Of a stretch of DNA of 64,000 nt, positions 9,287 to 18,973 are shown in pieces. Under the pieces are notes generated by a model, which was not told where the DNA came from, did not search any database, and saw nothing but the letters and a program-made list of their open reading frames with translations. Location of the stretch: positions 69,541-133,540 of the forward strand of contig JAQWFB010000001.1 of assembly GCA_028704635.1 (NCBI GenBank). Reading direction: 5' to 3'. The stretch is from Candidatus Shapirobacteria bacterium (GTDB taxonomy: Bacteria > Patescibacteriota > Microgenomatia > UBA12405). A program made the translations under genes and the position numbers. Each line of letters begins with the position of its first letter. Positions within the stretch are counted from its first letter, which is position 1.

Positions 9287-9973
9287 ATGTTTAATAAAAT
9301 TTTGACCACAATTAATATTTGTCTCATTATTTTTTTTGCCTACCTTTTCTCAAAAACCAATTCGACTTCTTATTTTAGACCCACCACCACTTCCTCTTAC
9401 TACATAGAAAAACAAACTCTTTTTGACAATTTACCCCAATCAACCAATACCATTTATTTTTTAGGTGACAGTCTTACCGATGGTTGTGAATGGAACGAAT
9501 TGTTATCAAACCCAAAAATAAAAAATAGGGGAATAATGGGTGACTCTACAGAAGGAGTATTAAATCGACTTAACCAAATAACTCAATCAAAACCCCAAAA
9601 AATATTTATTATGATCGGAATAAACGATTTACTCAACAATATTGAAACAACTAAAATTTTAGATAATTACCAAAAAATTATTACCACCATTAGGACCGAT
9701 TCTCCTAAAACTAAAATCTATATCGAAAGTGTCTTACCTCTCAATTTTGAATTAGACAAAACCAAACGTCCAATAAATAATCAAAATATCTCTGATTTTA
9801 ACAATAATTTAAAGAATTTTACCGATAATTCCAATATTTTTTATATAGACCTTTATTCTGCTTTTTTAAATTTATCTGGGCAACTAAATGAAAAATACAC
9901 GTTAGACGGAATCCATTTAAACGGACAAGGCTATCTGAACTGGAAAAACGAAATCTCAAAATACATTAAATAA
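9287..9973 (+). CDS. SGNH/GDSL hydrolase, membrane anchored
   Basis: FLGDSLT, NRGIMGD, GIND, DGIH motifs. Confidence 0.92.
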   Translation: MFNKILTTINICLIIFFAYLFSKTNSTSYFRPTTTSSYYIEKQTLFDNLPQSTNTIYFLGDSLTDGCEWNELLSNPKIKNRGIMGDSTEGVLNRLNQITQSKPQKIFIMIGINDLLNNIETTKILDNYQKIITTIRTDSPKTKIYIESVLPLNFELDKTKRPINNQNISDFNNNLKNFTDNSNIFYIDLYSAFLNLSGQLNEKYTLDGIHLNGQGYLNWKNEISKYIK

Positions 9974-9981
9974 ATACTGAG

Positions 9982-10055
9982 TCGGGGATACAGGATTCGA
10001 ACCTGCAACCTCATGGTCCCAAACCATGCACGCTAGCCAATTGCGCCAATCCCCG
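9982..10055 (-). tRNA. tRNA-Pro(TGG)
   Basis: Anticodon arm CATGG-TTTGGGA-CCATG. Confidence 0.95.
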
Positions 10056-10059
10056 TCGG

Positions 10060-10144
10060 TGCCGCTGGCGGGGGTCGAACCCACACGCTTTTTAAGAGCA
10101 CAAGATTTTAAGTCTTGCGTGTATACCAATTTCACCACAGCGGC
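10060..10144 (-). tRNA. tRNA-Leu(TAA)
   Basis: Anticodon arm CAAGA-CTTAAAA-TCTTG, long variable arm. Confidence 0.95.
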
Positions 10145-10194
10145 TAAATGTGTTCTTATTATAGCAAAAAAAATCCAATGTTATAATCTAACTT

Positions 10195-11286
10195 ATGCTT
10201 AATCAGTCCACCTTTGTTCCAGTCGGTACTCAAGCCACAGTCAAATCACTAACCCCTGAAGACTTAAAAGCTATCGGCGTTGAAATATTTTTTTGCAATA
10301 CCTATCATCTTTATCTCCGTCCCGGCGACAAAGCCATCAAAAAATTCGGTGGACTTCATAAATTTACCCGATGGGATGGCCAATTAATCACCGACTCTGG
10401 TGGTTTCCAAGTTTTTTCTCTCGGCAAAGATCACAACGGTGCTGGCGCTTTAGTCAAAATAAATGAGGATGGAGTTGAATTTCGCTCTCATCTTGATGGT
10501 TCTCTTCATATTTTCACTCCCGAAAAATCAATCCAAATTCAACACAATCTAGCCGCTGATAATATTATTGCTTTTGATGAATGCACTCCCTATCCAGCCA
10601 CTAAAGATTATGCCAAAAAAGCTCTTGATCGCACCCATCGTTGGGCTGTCCGATCTTTAAATGAACATAAAAAATTAAATAAAAAATTAAATCAAGATAT
10701 AAAATTATATGGCGTTGTTCAAGGTAGTTATTATAAAGATTTGCGCCAACAATCGGCCGAATTTATCTGTTCTCAAGATTTTGACGGTATTGCCATTGGT
10801 GGTGTTTCTGTCGGTGAACCCAAAAATAAAATGCGTCAAGCTGTTAGTTGGGTTTTACCCACCATTTTAAAAACCGGTAAACCAATTCACTTACTTGGTG
10901 TCGGCGAAGTCGATGATCTCTTTGAATTTTTTGGGCAGGGGATCACTTCAATGGACTGCACTCTTCCCACCAGAATGGCCCGCGGTGGTCAATTTTTACA
11001 TCGTACCGGCAATACTAAACATGACACCAAAAACAAATTTAAAGACCAAATTATGCGCCAAAAATATAAACTCGACCAAACTCAACTCGACAAAGATTGC
11101 CAATGTCCCACCTGTCAAAAATATGACAAAGCCTATATCCATCATCTTTTTAAAACCCAAGAATTACTCGGCTATCGATTAATGACTCTCCACAATATTT
11201 ATTTTATGACTCATACCACCCAATTAATTCGTGATGCTTTAAAAAATGGCACATTTGAAAAATTAAAAAAAGACTGGCTTGGTTAA
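10195..11286 (+). CDS. tgt: tRNA-guanine transglycosylase
   Basis: PVGTQATVK, NTYHL, TDSGGFQVFSL, FDEC, CxCxxC-H zinc site. Confidence 0.95.
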   Translation: MLNQSTFVPVGTQATVKSLTPEDLKAIGVEIFFCNTYHLYLRPGDKAIKKFGGLHKFTRWDGQLITDSGGFQVFSLGKDHNGAGALVKINEDGVEFRSHLDGSLHIFTPEKSIQIQHNLAADNIIAFDECTPYPATKDYAKKALDRTHRWAVRSLNEHKKLNKKLNQDIKLYGVVQGSYYKDLRQQSAEFICSQDFDGIAIGGVSVGEPKNKMRQAVSWVLPTILKTGKPIHLLGVGEVDDLFEFFGQGITSMDCTLPTRMARGGQFLHRTGNTKHDTKNKFKDQIMRQKYKLDQTQLDKDCQCPTCQKYDKAYIHHLFKTQELLGYRLMTLHNIYFMTHTTQLIRDALKNGTFEKLKKDWLG

Positions 11287-12281
11287 ATTATCTCGTATTT
11301 ATATTTATTATTTAAAACAGCTCTGATTCTGCTATATTGTTCTTCAGTCGTTTTATTTTTTAAGAAATTCATTTTTTCTTGTATTTCTTTTTGGTCTACC
11401 TCATTTACAGTTCGATCATATTGAATATTATTCAAATATGAAAGCAAAAATAACAGATAATTTGCATACGATTTAGTTTCTCTATAAACATTCATTGGCG
11501 TTGATTTTCCAGACTCAAAACATTCAATAATATTTATCTCACCAATATTTTCTTGCATTTGGCCATCGACAATTTCTTTGATTTTTTCTCCCAATCCATC
11601 ATTAATTTCCAATTCTTTTTCATCCAGAAGTTGCTGTATTAATTCAATATAATCTTCTTTTTTCTCAGTAGTTTTCCATTCATTTTTATATTCATCCAAA
11701 TCAAAATGTATTCCCAATAAACGATAAATTTCTCTTGCTTTCACAAAATCTCTTTTATTCAAAACTTCTAATTTATCTATATCCCTAAAAACCGTACAAA
11801 AAATCTGAGCTTTTCTTTCTACATCATCGACTGGTTCCATCATTTCTTTTAAACTATGATTTCTTATTGTATAACCAATCACTTTTTGTTCATCATCAAA
11901 AAATTTTTTCAAAATTCCTTTCTCTTCCAATAAACGAATACTTATTTCACCATGATCCATAAACTTTCCATTATCATCAACATATCTATCATTATCATGA
12001 AAATGCCTACCCAAATCATGACTCTGGCAAATAAATTTAAACAGAGGAAGATATTGCACCAATTCTTCATCTTTATCCAATTCATAATTTTTTATTATTT
12101 CTTGGGAATTATTTGCCATATTAATCATATGTTCCGATTTATACCTTCCAAATCTATCTCTCTCCCATTGATCACCCATCTGATCAGCAATTTCTCGAGT
12201 CAAGCCATTGACTTGGTCAATCGCCAAATTAACTCTATCCTTCGCCGATAAATTTTCTGTTAAAAACAAAATTTCCTTCAT
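11283..12281 (-). CDS. HD-domain phosphohydrolase
   Basis: H...HDLGR...DHG...NHS...RDIDKL. Confidence 0.75.
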   Translation of the reverse strand: MKEILFLTENLSAKDRVNLAIDQVNGLTREIADQMGDQWERDRFGRYKSEHMINMANNSQEIIKNYELDKDEELVQYLPLFKFICQSHDLGRHFHDNDRYVDDNGKFMDHGEISIRLLEEKGILKKFFDDEQKVIGYTIRNHSLKEMMEPVDDVERKAQIFCTVFRDIDKLEVLNKRDFVKAREIYRLLGIHFDLDEYKNEWKTTEKKEDYIELIQQLLDEKELEINDGLGEKIKEIVDGQMQENIGEINIIECFESGKSTPMNVYRETKSYANYLLFLLSYLNNIQYDRTVNEVDQKEIQEKMNFLKNKTTEEQYSRIRAVLNNKYKYEII

Positions 12282-12330
12282 AACAGTCCTATAATATCAA
12301 AATATTTTTCAAAATCAAATAGACCATCCC

Positions 12331-13254
12331 ATGCTATACTTTTTTATGTCTAGAACAATATTAGTTACCGGTGGAGCCGGTCATGTTGGCTCCCATATTA
12401 TTGAGCAACTTATTCAAAAAAACCCCGAGGATAAAATAATTTCCTTAGACAATTATTTTAATGGTAGTAAAAATAACCATATTTCTAGAGCCGAATATCG
12501 CGAAGGCCACACTAAAGATATTGATAAATTAATTCCCGAAACTCCAGATATAGTGTTTCATTTAGGTGAATATGCTCGCATCGCTCCATCTTTTGACGAC
12601 ATTGAACAAGTTTTTGATATGAATACCATCGGCACTTTTGCTGTCGTTGAATTTTGTAAGAAAAGAAAAGTTAGCAAATTAGTTTACGCCGCTTCCAGTA
12701 CTAAATTTGCCACCAATGGAGAAGAACGATTTGCTAATCCATATTCTTTTACCAAAGCCAACAATGTTGATTTAATCAATAATTATGGAAAGTGGTGTAA
12801 AAAAATGTCCAACCCTGATTTTGAATTTAATTATGCCATTTGTTATTTTTACAATGCTTTTGGACCTCGCGAAAAAGGTGAAGGGAAATACAGTACTCTC
12901 ATTGCCAAATTCCAGCAATTATATTTAGAAAATAAATCATTCACTGTCAACAAACCTGGAACCCAAAAACGAAATTTTACTTATGTTGGTGATTTAGCCC
13001 AAGGCATGATTCTTGCCGCCGAAAAGGGTAATGGTGATGGCTACACTTTAAACAATACTAAGGCTTATTCTATTATTGAAATAGCCCAAAGCTTTGGTGG
13101 ACCAATTGAATATAAAGATGGTTATCCAGGTCGACAAGATTCCGGTGACACCCCAATTCAAGACAAAGCCCGCACTGAACTAGGTTGGAAAACCACTATT
13201 GATATAATCGATTACATAAAAGATTTTGTTGCCAAACATCCACGTCAAAAATGA
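12331..13254 (+). CDS. NAD-dependent epimerase/dehydratase (start probably 12346)
   Basis: ILVTGGAGHVG Rossmann motif, YSFTK catalytic YxxxK. Confidence 0.9.
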   Translation: MLYFFMSRTILVTGGAGHVGSHIIEQLIQKNPEDKIISLDNYFNGSKNNHISRAEYREGHTKDIDKLIPETPDIVFHLGEYARIAPSFDDIEQVFDMNTIGTFAVVEFCKKRKVSKLVYAASSTKFATNGEERFANPYSFTKANNVDLINNYGKWCKKMSNPDFEFNYAICYFYNAFGPREKGEGKYSTLIAKFQQLYLENKSFTVNKPGTQKRNFTYVGDLAQGMILAAEKGNGDGYTLNNTKAYSIIEIAQSFGGPIEYKDGYPGRQDSGDTPIQDKARTELGWKTTIDIIDYIKDFVAKHPRQK

Positions 13255-13360
13255 TATGATTACAATCATTTTAAAATAGTTTTATACAGTAAGTATCTAT
13301 TAGCAGATATGTGACAAGACTGCTAATAAAAGTCATTTAAAAACTTTTACCTAAATTTCC

Positions 13361-14380
13361 ATGAAAAATAGCTCAAAAACATTCTTAAGTATCAATTTTG
13401 GCTGTCGGGTTAATTCCGCTGAAACTAATCAGTGGTCCCAAATTTTAATTAATCAAAATTACATTCCTACTAAAACTAACCCCGACATAATATTAATCAA
13501 TACCTGTTCCATTACTAAAAAAGGAGATTTGGAATCACTTGGAAAAGTTCGCTCTCTTCACCAAAAATACCCAAAAACAAAAATTTATGTCACCGGCTGC
13601 GCTAATCTTGAAAAATTAAAAAATATCCCAAATGTTTTTATTTACCAAAATAATCAAAAAGAAGAATTATTAAAAGATTTAAAATCTTCCTACACTCCAA
13701 AAATAAAAGATAAATTTAGTCACACTCATCGTTTTTTATTAAAAATTCAATCAGGTTGCACCCAATTTTGTTCCTATTGTATTGTCCCTTTTAAACGATC
13801 ACAACTTTGGTCATTAAAAATTAAAGACGCTGTTAATACCGTCAATTCTGCTGTTAAAAACGGTTATCAAGAAATTATCATCACCGGAGTCAATCTTGAT
13901 CAATATGAATATGATTTTTCTGATCTAATTAAAAATATTCTAGAACAAACTGATATAAAATTAATTAGTTTTGGTTCCATTCCTTTAAATTGTATTAATA
14001 AAAAATTCATCGAACTTTTTAAAAAATATCCCGACAGAATTTCTAATTTTCTTCATATTCCTATCCAATCCGGCTCCGACAAAATTCTCAAACTCATGAA
14101 CCGCCCTTATGACTCCAAAAAAATCATAAATACTTTTAATAAACTAAAAAAATTACCTCTCTCTTTCGGAACCGACATCATCGTCGGTTTTCCAACCGAA
14201 TCAGATCAAGATTTTAAAAAAACTCTTAATTTATGCCAAAACATTGGCTTTTCCAAAATTCACTGCTTCCGATATTCCTCTCGTCCCAATACTAAAGCCA
14301 AAATTATCCACGACACTAATTCTAAAATTTCCAAAGAGATTTTAAAATCTCGTTCTCAACAAATTCGAAATTTGGTCTAA
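13361..14380 (+). CDS. Radical SAM methylthiotransferase, MtaB/MiaB family (no obvious TRAM domain)
   Basis: FGCRVN, INTCSIT, CTQFCSYC, HIPIQSGS, TDIIVGFP. Confidence 0.88.
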   Translation: MKNSSKTFLSINFGCRVNSAETNQWSQILINQNYIPTKTNPDIILINTCSITKKGDLESLGKVRSLHQKYPKTKIYVTGCANLEKLKNIPNVFIYQNNQKEELLKDLKSSYTPKIKDKFSHTHRFLLKIQSGCTQFCSYCIVPFKRSQLWSLKIKDAVNTVNSAVKNGYQEIIITGVNLDQYEYDFSDLIKNILEQTDIKLISFGSIPLNCINKKFIELFKKYPDRISNFLHIPIQSGSDKILKLMNRPYDSKKIINTFNKLKKLPLSFGTDIIVGFPTESDQDFKKTLNLCQNIGFSKIHCFRYSSRPNTKAKIIHDTNSKISKEILKSRSQQIRNLV

Positions 14381-14495
14381 ACATCCTGGTTTACAAATCA
14401 ATTCTAATAAACTAACATACACCTACATTTTTCCATGTTTTTAATCCAGACAAGAAACATGGCTAATTATTATCATTTTAAAAATAATTAAACTT

Positions 14496-14765
14496 ATGGC
14501 CCCAATAGAAGGACGCTTCATTTCTCCAACTTTAGAAGAAAATATACTTGCCCAAAACGGTAAAGAACGACATTTTAACGTTAACGACTTAAGGGTTATC
14601 CTTAAAGGATATGAAACCGGTGGTGATGTTTCTTATAAACACGTCTCTCAAAAAAATTATAGAAAAATTCATGTTGAACCAGGTGAAATAATCGAAAAAC
14701 AAGTTAAGGTTGTCGCCAAAGGCGGTGTTATAGAAAAAATTGGTATGAGATTTATTGGTAAATAA
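14496..14765 (+). CDS. Hypothetical protein
   Basis: 89-aa ORF filling the intergenic gap, no recognised motif. Confidence 0.5.
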   Translation: MAPIEGRFISPTLEENILAQNGKERHFNVNDLRVILKGYETGGDVSYKHVSQKNYRKIHVEPGEIIEKQVKVVAKGGVIEKIGMRFIGK

Positions 14766-15869
14766 TTATCTTCCAAAATACACTTCCATCTCATCAAAAA
14801 CTGGAAAACTAAAAGATACTTCCTGTCCTGGAAATCTTGCATTTTTACCCCAAATATAGGCTTTATTGACATCATCTCTCATCTGGTTTGAAATCCTTTT
14901 CAAAACATCATCTAAAGTACAGGTATTTTTTAAAATCAAAGGTTGATTATAGTCTGCCTCTGCCGATCTTTCCCTTTTTAAATAAACTCTTACCAATCCT
15001 AGTCCTTTCCATAGTTTTTCTTTAAAATCATCCATTCCAATCCCTTTATCAGCACACATCAACACTAAATTATTTTTTTTACCCACAATTCTGGGATCAA
15101 AATTTTTTGCCAAATCAATTTTTGTAACCACTTCTACTGACGGCATATATTTAATTGACTTCGACATTGCATCTACCAACTTATCAATTCCTTCAACCTT
15201 TTCTCCAATTTGGATAATTGCATTTCCATATCCCATTTCTTTAGCAATTTCTATTACCGTTTCTTTTTCAAAAGATTTATATGGATCAACCACCTGAATT
15301 GACCCTTTATGAGTCCTGTGAATCGAGATTTTAGCCGGTTTAGTATTTAGTCTCATCCCTGAACGATAAAGCTCATCTTCCACCTGTTTTAACCATTCAA
15401 TCCTTTTAATATCTGTCATTAAAACAACTAAATCACTAGCTCTTATTACTGATAACACTTTTTTTCCAAAACCTTTGTTTTTAGCTGCACCTTCAATAAT
15501 TCCCGGCAAATCCAAAATCTGAATTTTAACCCCTTTATATTCCATCATTCCTGGTACCACTCCCAAAGTTGTGAAATCGTAATTTCCCACTCTCGATTCT
15601 GCATTTGTTACTGCATTTAATAAAGTTGATTTACCTACACTTGGTAATCCCACTAAAACCACCGAAGCGTCACCTGAATGTTTAATAGCATAACCAACTC
15701 CACCGCCACCACCTCCTTTCATCGCTCCACCATTTAATTCATCGTTAAGTTTAGCTAACCTAGCCTTCATGATTCCATGATGATGTTCCGTCCCTTTATG
15801 GTACGGCAAATCATGAATTTCTTTCTCTATCCGAGAAATCTGCATTTTAATAATTTCTTCCTTGGTCAT
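14766..15869 (-). CDS. OBG-family GTPase, DRG/Rbg-type with TGS domain
   Basis: N-terminal HKGTEHHHGIMKARLAKL, G1 GLPSVGKST, YDFTTL, DLPGIIEGA, TKID, TGS-like C-terminus. Confidence 0.9.
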   Translation of the reverse strand: MTKEEIIKMQISRIEKEIHDLPYHKGTEHHHGIMKARLAKLNDELNGGAMKGGGGGGVGYAIKHSGDASVVLVGLPSVGKSTLLNAVTNAESRVGNYDFTTLGVVPGMMEYKGVKIQILDLPGIIEGAAKNKGFGKKVLSVIRASDLVVLMTDIKRIEWLKQVEDELYRSGMRLNTKPAKISIHRTHKGSIQVVDPYKSFEKETVIEIAKEMGYGNAIIQIGEKVEGIDKLVDAMSKSIKYMPSVEVVTKIDLAKNFDPRIVGKKNNLVLMCADKGIGMDDFKEKLWKGLGLVRVYLKRERSAEADYNQPLILKNTCTLDDVLKRISNQMRDDVNKAYIWGKNARFPGQEVSFSFPVFDEMEVYFGR

Positions 15870-15893
15870 TTGTTAGAATAAGATCTATAAACT

Positions 15894-17291
15894 ATGTTTT
15901 TTATTTTCTTATTAATTTTTAGTCTTTTTTTTAATAGCCCTATTTTAGCATCTGACAACACCTTTGGTCTTCATCTTTCTCAAACAGAAGATATCCATTC
16001 TGCCGCCAAAATTATCAATTCCCAAAACGGCGATTGGGGTTGGGCCACTGTCGTTATTCAAACCAATAATTTAGATAAAAATACCTGGCAAAATTTTTTT
16101 GATAATTGCCGAAAAGACCACATAATTCCTATTATTAGAATTGCTACTATTGGTGAAGGGGAAAATTGGAAAGTTCCAGATTATTCCGACATCGACCACG
16201 TCGTTTCTTTTTTTAATTCTCTAAATTGGCCAACTCAAGAACAACATGTCATTTTATTTAATGAAATAAACCACGGATCTGAATGGGGAGGGGGAGTTGA
16301 TATAAAAGATTTTGTCGACAAGAGTTCCTATGCCGCCAAAAAATTTAAAGAGGCTAATCCAAACTTTTTTATTATTTCTTGTGGTCTCGATTTAGTCGCC
16401 CCAGAAGAACCACCAAAATACAAATCAGCCGAAAATGTTTATAAAGAAATTATTTCACTAAATCCAAATTATTTTGATAATATTGATGGATTATCTTCTC
16501 ATTCCTATCCCAATAATGGTTTTGTTGGCATTCCAAACGACACCGGTCAACATAGCATTCGTGGTTATCAATGGGAATTAGATTTATTAAAACAACTCGG
16601 TATCAACAAAGATTTACCCGTGTTTATCACCGAAACTGGATGGCCTCATCGCGAAGGAATCGAAAACCAAAATAATTTTTATACCGCCAAAACCACCGCC
16701 AATTTTTTAATCGAAGCTATTACCAATGTTTGGTCTCCAGATTCTCGAATTAAAGCCATTACTCCTTTTATTTATAATTATTCTCAAGAACCATTCGACC
16801 ATTTTTCCTGGCTCGATGAAAATAATAATCTTTATTCTGAGTATCAACAATTAATTGACTTACCCAAAAAACAAAATGAACCAAAACAAATATTAAGTTA
16901 TCAACTTGAAAAAATAACTTTACCTCTCTTAATTCTCGAAAAGAATACATATGATGGCGAAATTATTTTAAAAAATACCGGTCAATCAATTTGGGGCGAA
17001 AAAAGATTTTGTCTAATTTCAAAATCCAGCCCAAATATTACCACTTCAGAAATTTGTAGTGACAGTAATCTCACCCTTCCGGGTCAATATAAGATCTTCA
17101 AATTTAAATTTATTGTTAATGCAGTTGATAATTACGAAGGCCAAACTTATCTTTCCTGGGGTGATTTAAATAATTTCGAAATTCAAAAATTTGCTAAAAA
17201 ATCCACAATTTACCATCCAAAAGACAATTTTATCCAAAGAATCATAAATTCTTTCAAAGCCTTTGTAATTCGTGCTATTGAAAAGAATTAA
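15894..17291 (+). CDS. Secreted glycoside hydrolase (clan GH-A-like TIM barrel) with C-terminal Ig-like region
   Basis: Signal peptide, FNE acid/base, SHSYP, FITETGWP nucleophile. Confidence 0.7.
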   Translation: MFFIFLLIFSLFFNSPILASDNTFGLHLSQTEDIHSAAKIINSQNGDWGWATVVIQTNNLDKNTWQNFFDNCRKDHIIPIIRIATIGEGENWKVPDYSDIDHVVSFFNSLNWPTQEQHVILFNEINHGSEWGGGVDIKDFVDKSSYAAKKFKEANPNFFIISCGLDLVAPEEPPKYKSAENVYKEIISLNPNYFDNIDGLSSHSYPNNGFVGIPNDTGQHSIRGYQWELDLLKQLGINKDLPVFITETGWPHREGIENQNNFYTAKTTANFLIEAITNVWSPDSRIKAITPFIYNYSQEPFDHFSWLDENNNLYSEYQQLIDLPKKQNEPKQILSYQLEKITLPLLILEKNTYDGEIILKNTGQSIWGEKRFCLISKSSPNITTSEICSDSNLTLPGQYKIFKFKFIVNAVDNYEGQTYLSWGDLNNFEIQKFAKKSTIYHPKDNFIQRIINSFKAFVIRAIEKN

Positions 17292-17451
17292 TTTTATTTT
17301 CTACCCAATCTAAGATCTAATTTAAATGTCGAAATAAAAAATATTTTTATTTTAATTTTTTACTAAATCTAAAATCCATTTTGTGCCGAAAATAAAACAA
17401 AATCTTTAAATTTTAAAGTTTTTTTAAAATTCAAATTATTAATAATTCATT

Positions 17452-17467
17452 TAAGATGTGCACCATC
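17452..17467. other. Left attachment site of the element
   Basis: GTGC core followed by ACCAT, the half-palindrome matching ATGGT at the right end. Confidence 0.75.
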
Positions 17468-17565
17468 TGGGACGATGTCGGAACCTACTTAACCTCCTCT
17501 ATTGATCCTAAAGAGAAAGCTAGTCTTATTATTGCTTTCGCTCATTTTAAAAAGGAGGGAAAGCA

Positions 17566-18066
17566 ATGAATCTGTTTAATTGGTTTGAATCTTTGACAAA
17601 ATCAAAATCCATTGAATCCCAAAGTGCCAGCTTTATTTTAACAGATGAAAATAGTTTTTATCATCGTTTTACCCAGGATTTATTCCAAGCTAAACAAGAA
17701 GTTATTATTGAAAGTCCATATATTACACTCCCAAGATTACAGAGTTTAAAACCATTTTTTGAACAATTGATAAGAAGAGGAGTAAAAATATTTATAATTA
17801 CTAAAAACCCAAAAGAACATGGTGAACAATATATGGCAGATCAATCGGAAATAGGAATCCGTTATTTTGAATCTCTTGGAGTACAAGTACTACTATGTCA
17901 AAATCATCATCGAAAACTAGCTATGATTGATAGAAAAATAATCTGGAAGGGAAGCCTAAATATTTTATCCCAACAAAATAGCCGTGAATTTATGGAACGT
18001 GAAGAAAATAAAGAAAAAATAAACGTATTGTTTAAATTTCTACAGTATGACAAAATTATTTTTTAA
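17566..18066 (+). CDS. Phospholipase D-like (single HKD) nuclease
   Basis: IESPYI, HRKLAMID...GSLN (HxKx4Dx6GSxN); SD AAGGAGG upstream. Confidence 0.85.
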   Translation: MNLFNWFESLTKSKSIESQSASFILTDENSFYHRFTQDLFQAKQEVIIESPYITLPRLQSLKPFFEQLIRRGVKIFIITKNPKEHGEQYMADQSEIGIRYFESLGVQVLLCQNHHRKLAMIDRKIIWKGSLNILSQQNSREFMEREENKEKINVLFKFLQYDKIIF

Positions 18067-18096
18067 AAAAGACTGATATAATCCAAGAAAGAAGAT

Positions 18097-18330
18097 ATGA
18101 ATAATCCAATTGTAAAAAAATCTGAATTAGTGATTGATGCACTACAATATGCCCATGATCACGGATTGGATGTTCAAAATGAAAAAGATGTCTATAAAAT
18201 TTTAACCGTCCTTGATCCAAACCATACTCAAAATGCAGCTGAATTTATTGAGCTTCTTAAGACTTCCAATATTTTTATGAACATGACAGCAAAAGCAAAA
18301 GAACCTAAAAAAACAAACTTACTCAATTAA
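18097..18330 (+). CDS. Hypothetical protein
   Basis: 77-aa ORF with TATAAT just upstream. Confidence 0.55.
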   Translation: MNNPIVKKSELVIDALQYAHDHGLDVQNEKDVYKILTVLDPNHTQNAAEFIELLKTSNIFMNMTAKAKEPKKTNLLN

Positions 18331-18338
18331 AATATCCT

Positions 18339-18971
18339 TCATTTACCAGTTTGTGTTTTATCTAAAAATTTTCTCGGATTAACCGGTATTCCAAAAACAT
18401 TAATTTGAAAGTGTAGGTGTGGTCCAGTTGACCAACCAGTACTTCCCATTTTTCCAATTACATCTCCAATCTTAACTGTCTGTCCTTTATAAACCAATAT
18501 TTTATCTAAATGACCATATAACGAAGTCACGTTATTACCATGATCAATAATTATATGTTTTCCATAACCTATAGCCGTTTGTCCGGCATAAGTTACCACT
18601 CCATCCATAAAAGGTGTAATCTCATCGCCAATTTTTCCCACTGGATTAGCAATATCAATTCCGGTATGAGAAATCTGGTAAGGAAGGTCTGATTTGGCAA
18701 ATTCCAAAGTAATAACACCTTTTACAGGCCAAACCATTGACGAGTTTATAGTTGTTATTACTTTTCCGCTAGTAGGATCGTGAATTTCTACTGTATTAGT
18801 AGTTTCATTTAATGAAACTAATTTATCAGAAATAATATTAATTCCTGTTTGAGTTAAGATAATAACGGCAATTACCGGTAATAATAAAATTAAAAGAAAT
18901 GCAGAAATGACTATCTTTAATTCTTTTCGGTAAGACCATAAAGTAAAAATGGTTCCTATGGGAAGTGCCAT
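18339..18971 (-). CDS. M23 family peptidoglycan endopeptidase, membrane anchored
   Basis: HTGIDIA, YGHL, STGPHLHF. Confidence 0.93.
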   Translation of the reverse strand: MALPIGTIFTLWSYRKELKIVISAFLLILLLPVIAVIILTQTGINIISDKLVSLNETTNTVEIHDPTSGKVITTINSSMVWPVKGVITLEFAKSDLPYQISHTGIDIANPVGKIGDEITPFMDGVVTYAGQTAIGYGKHIIIDHGNNVTSLYGHLDKILVYKGQTVKIGDVIGKMGSTGWSTGPHLHFQINVFGIPVNPRKFLDKTQTGK

Positions 18972-18973
18972 AA

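Noticed and set aside
9956-10138. 60-aa ORF
   Set aside because: Is tRNA-Leu/tRNA-Pro sequence
17379-17392. TTGTGCCGAA as alternative left att site (6-bp GTGCCG match to tRNA-Leu end; also resembles the tRNA-Phe 3' flank)
   Set aside because: Joining here gives no palindromic attP and no coupling to the PLD gene, unlike 17458; may be an older scar or chance
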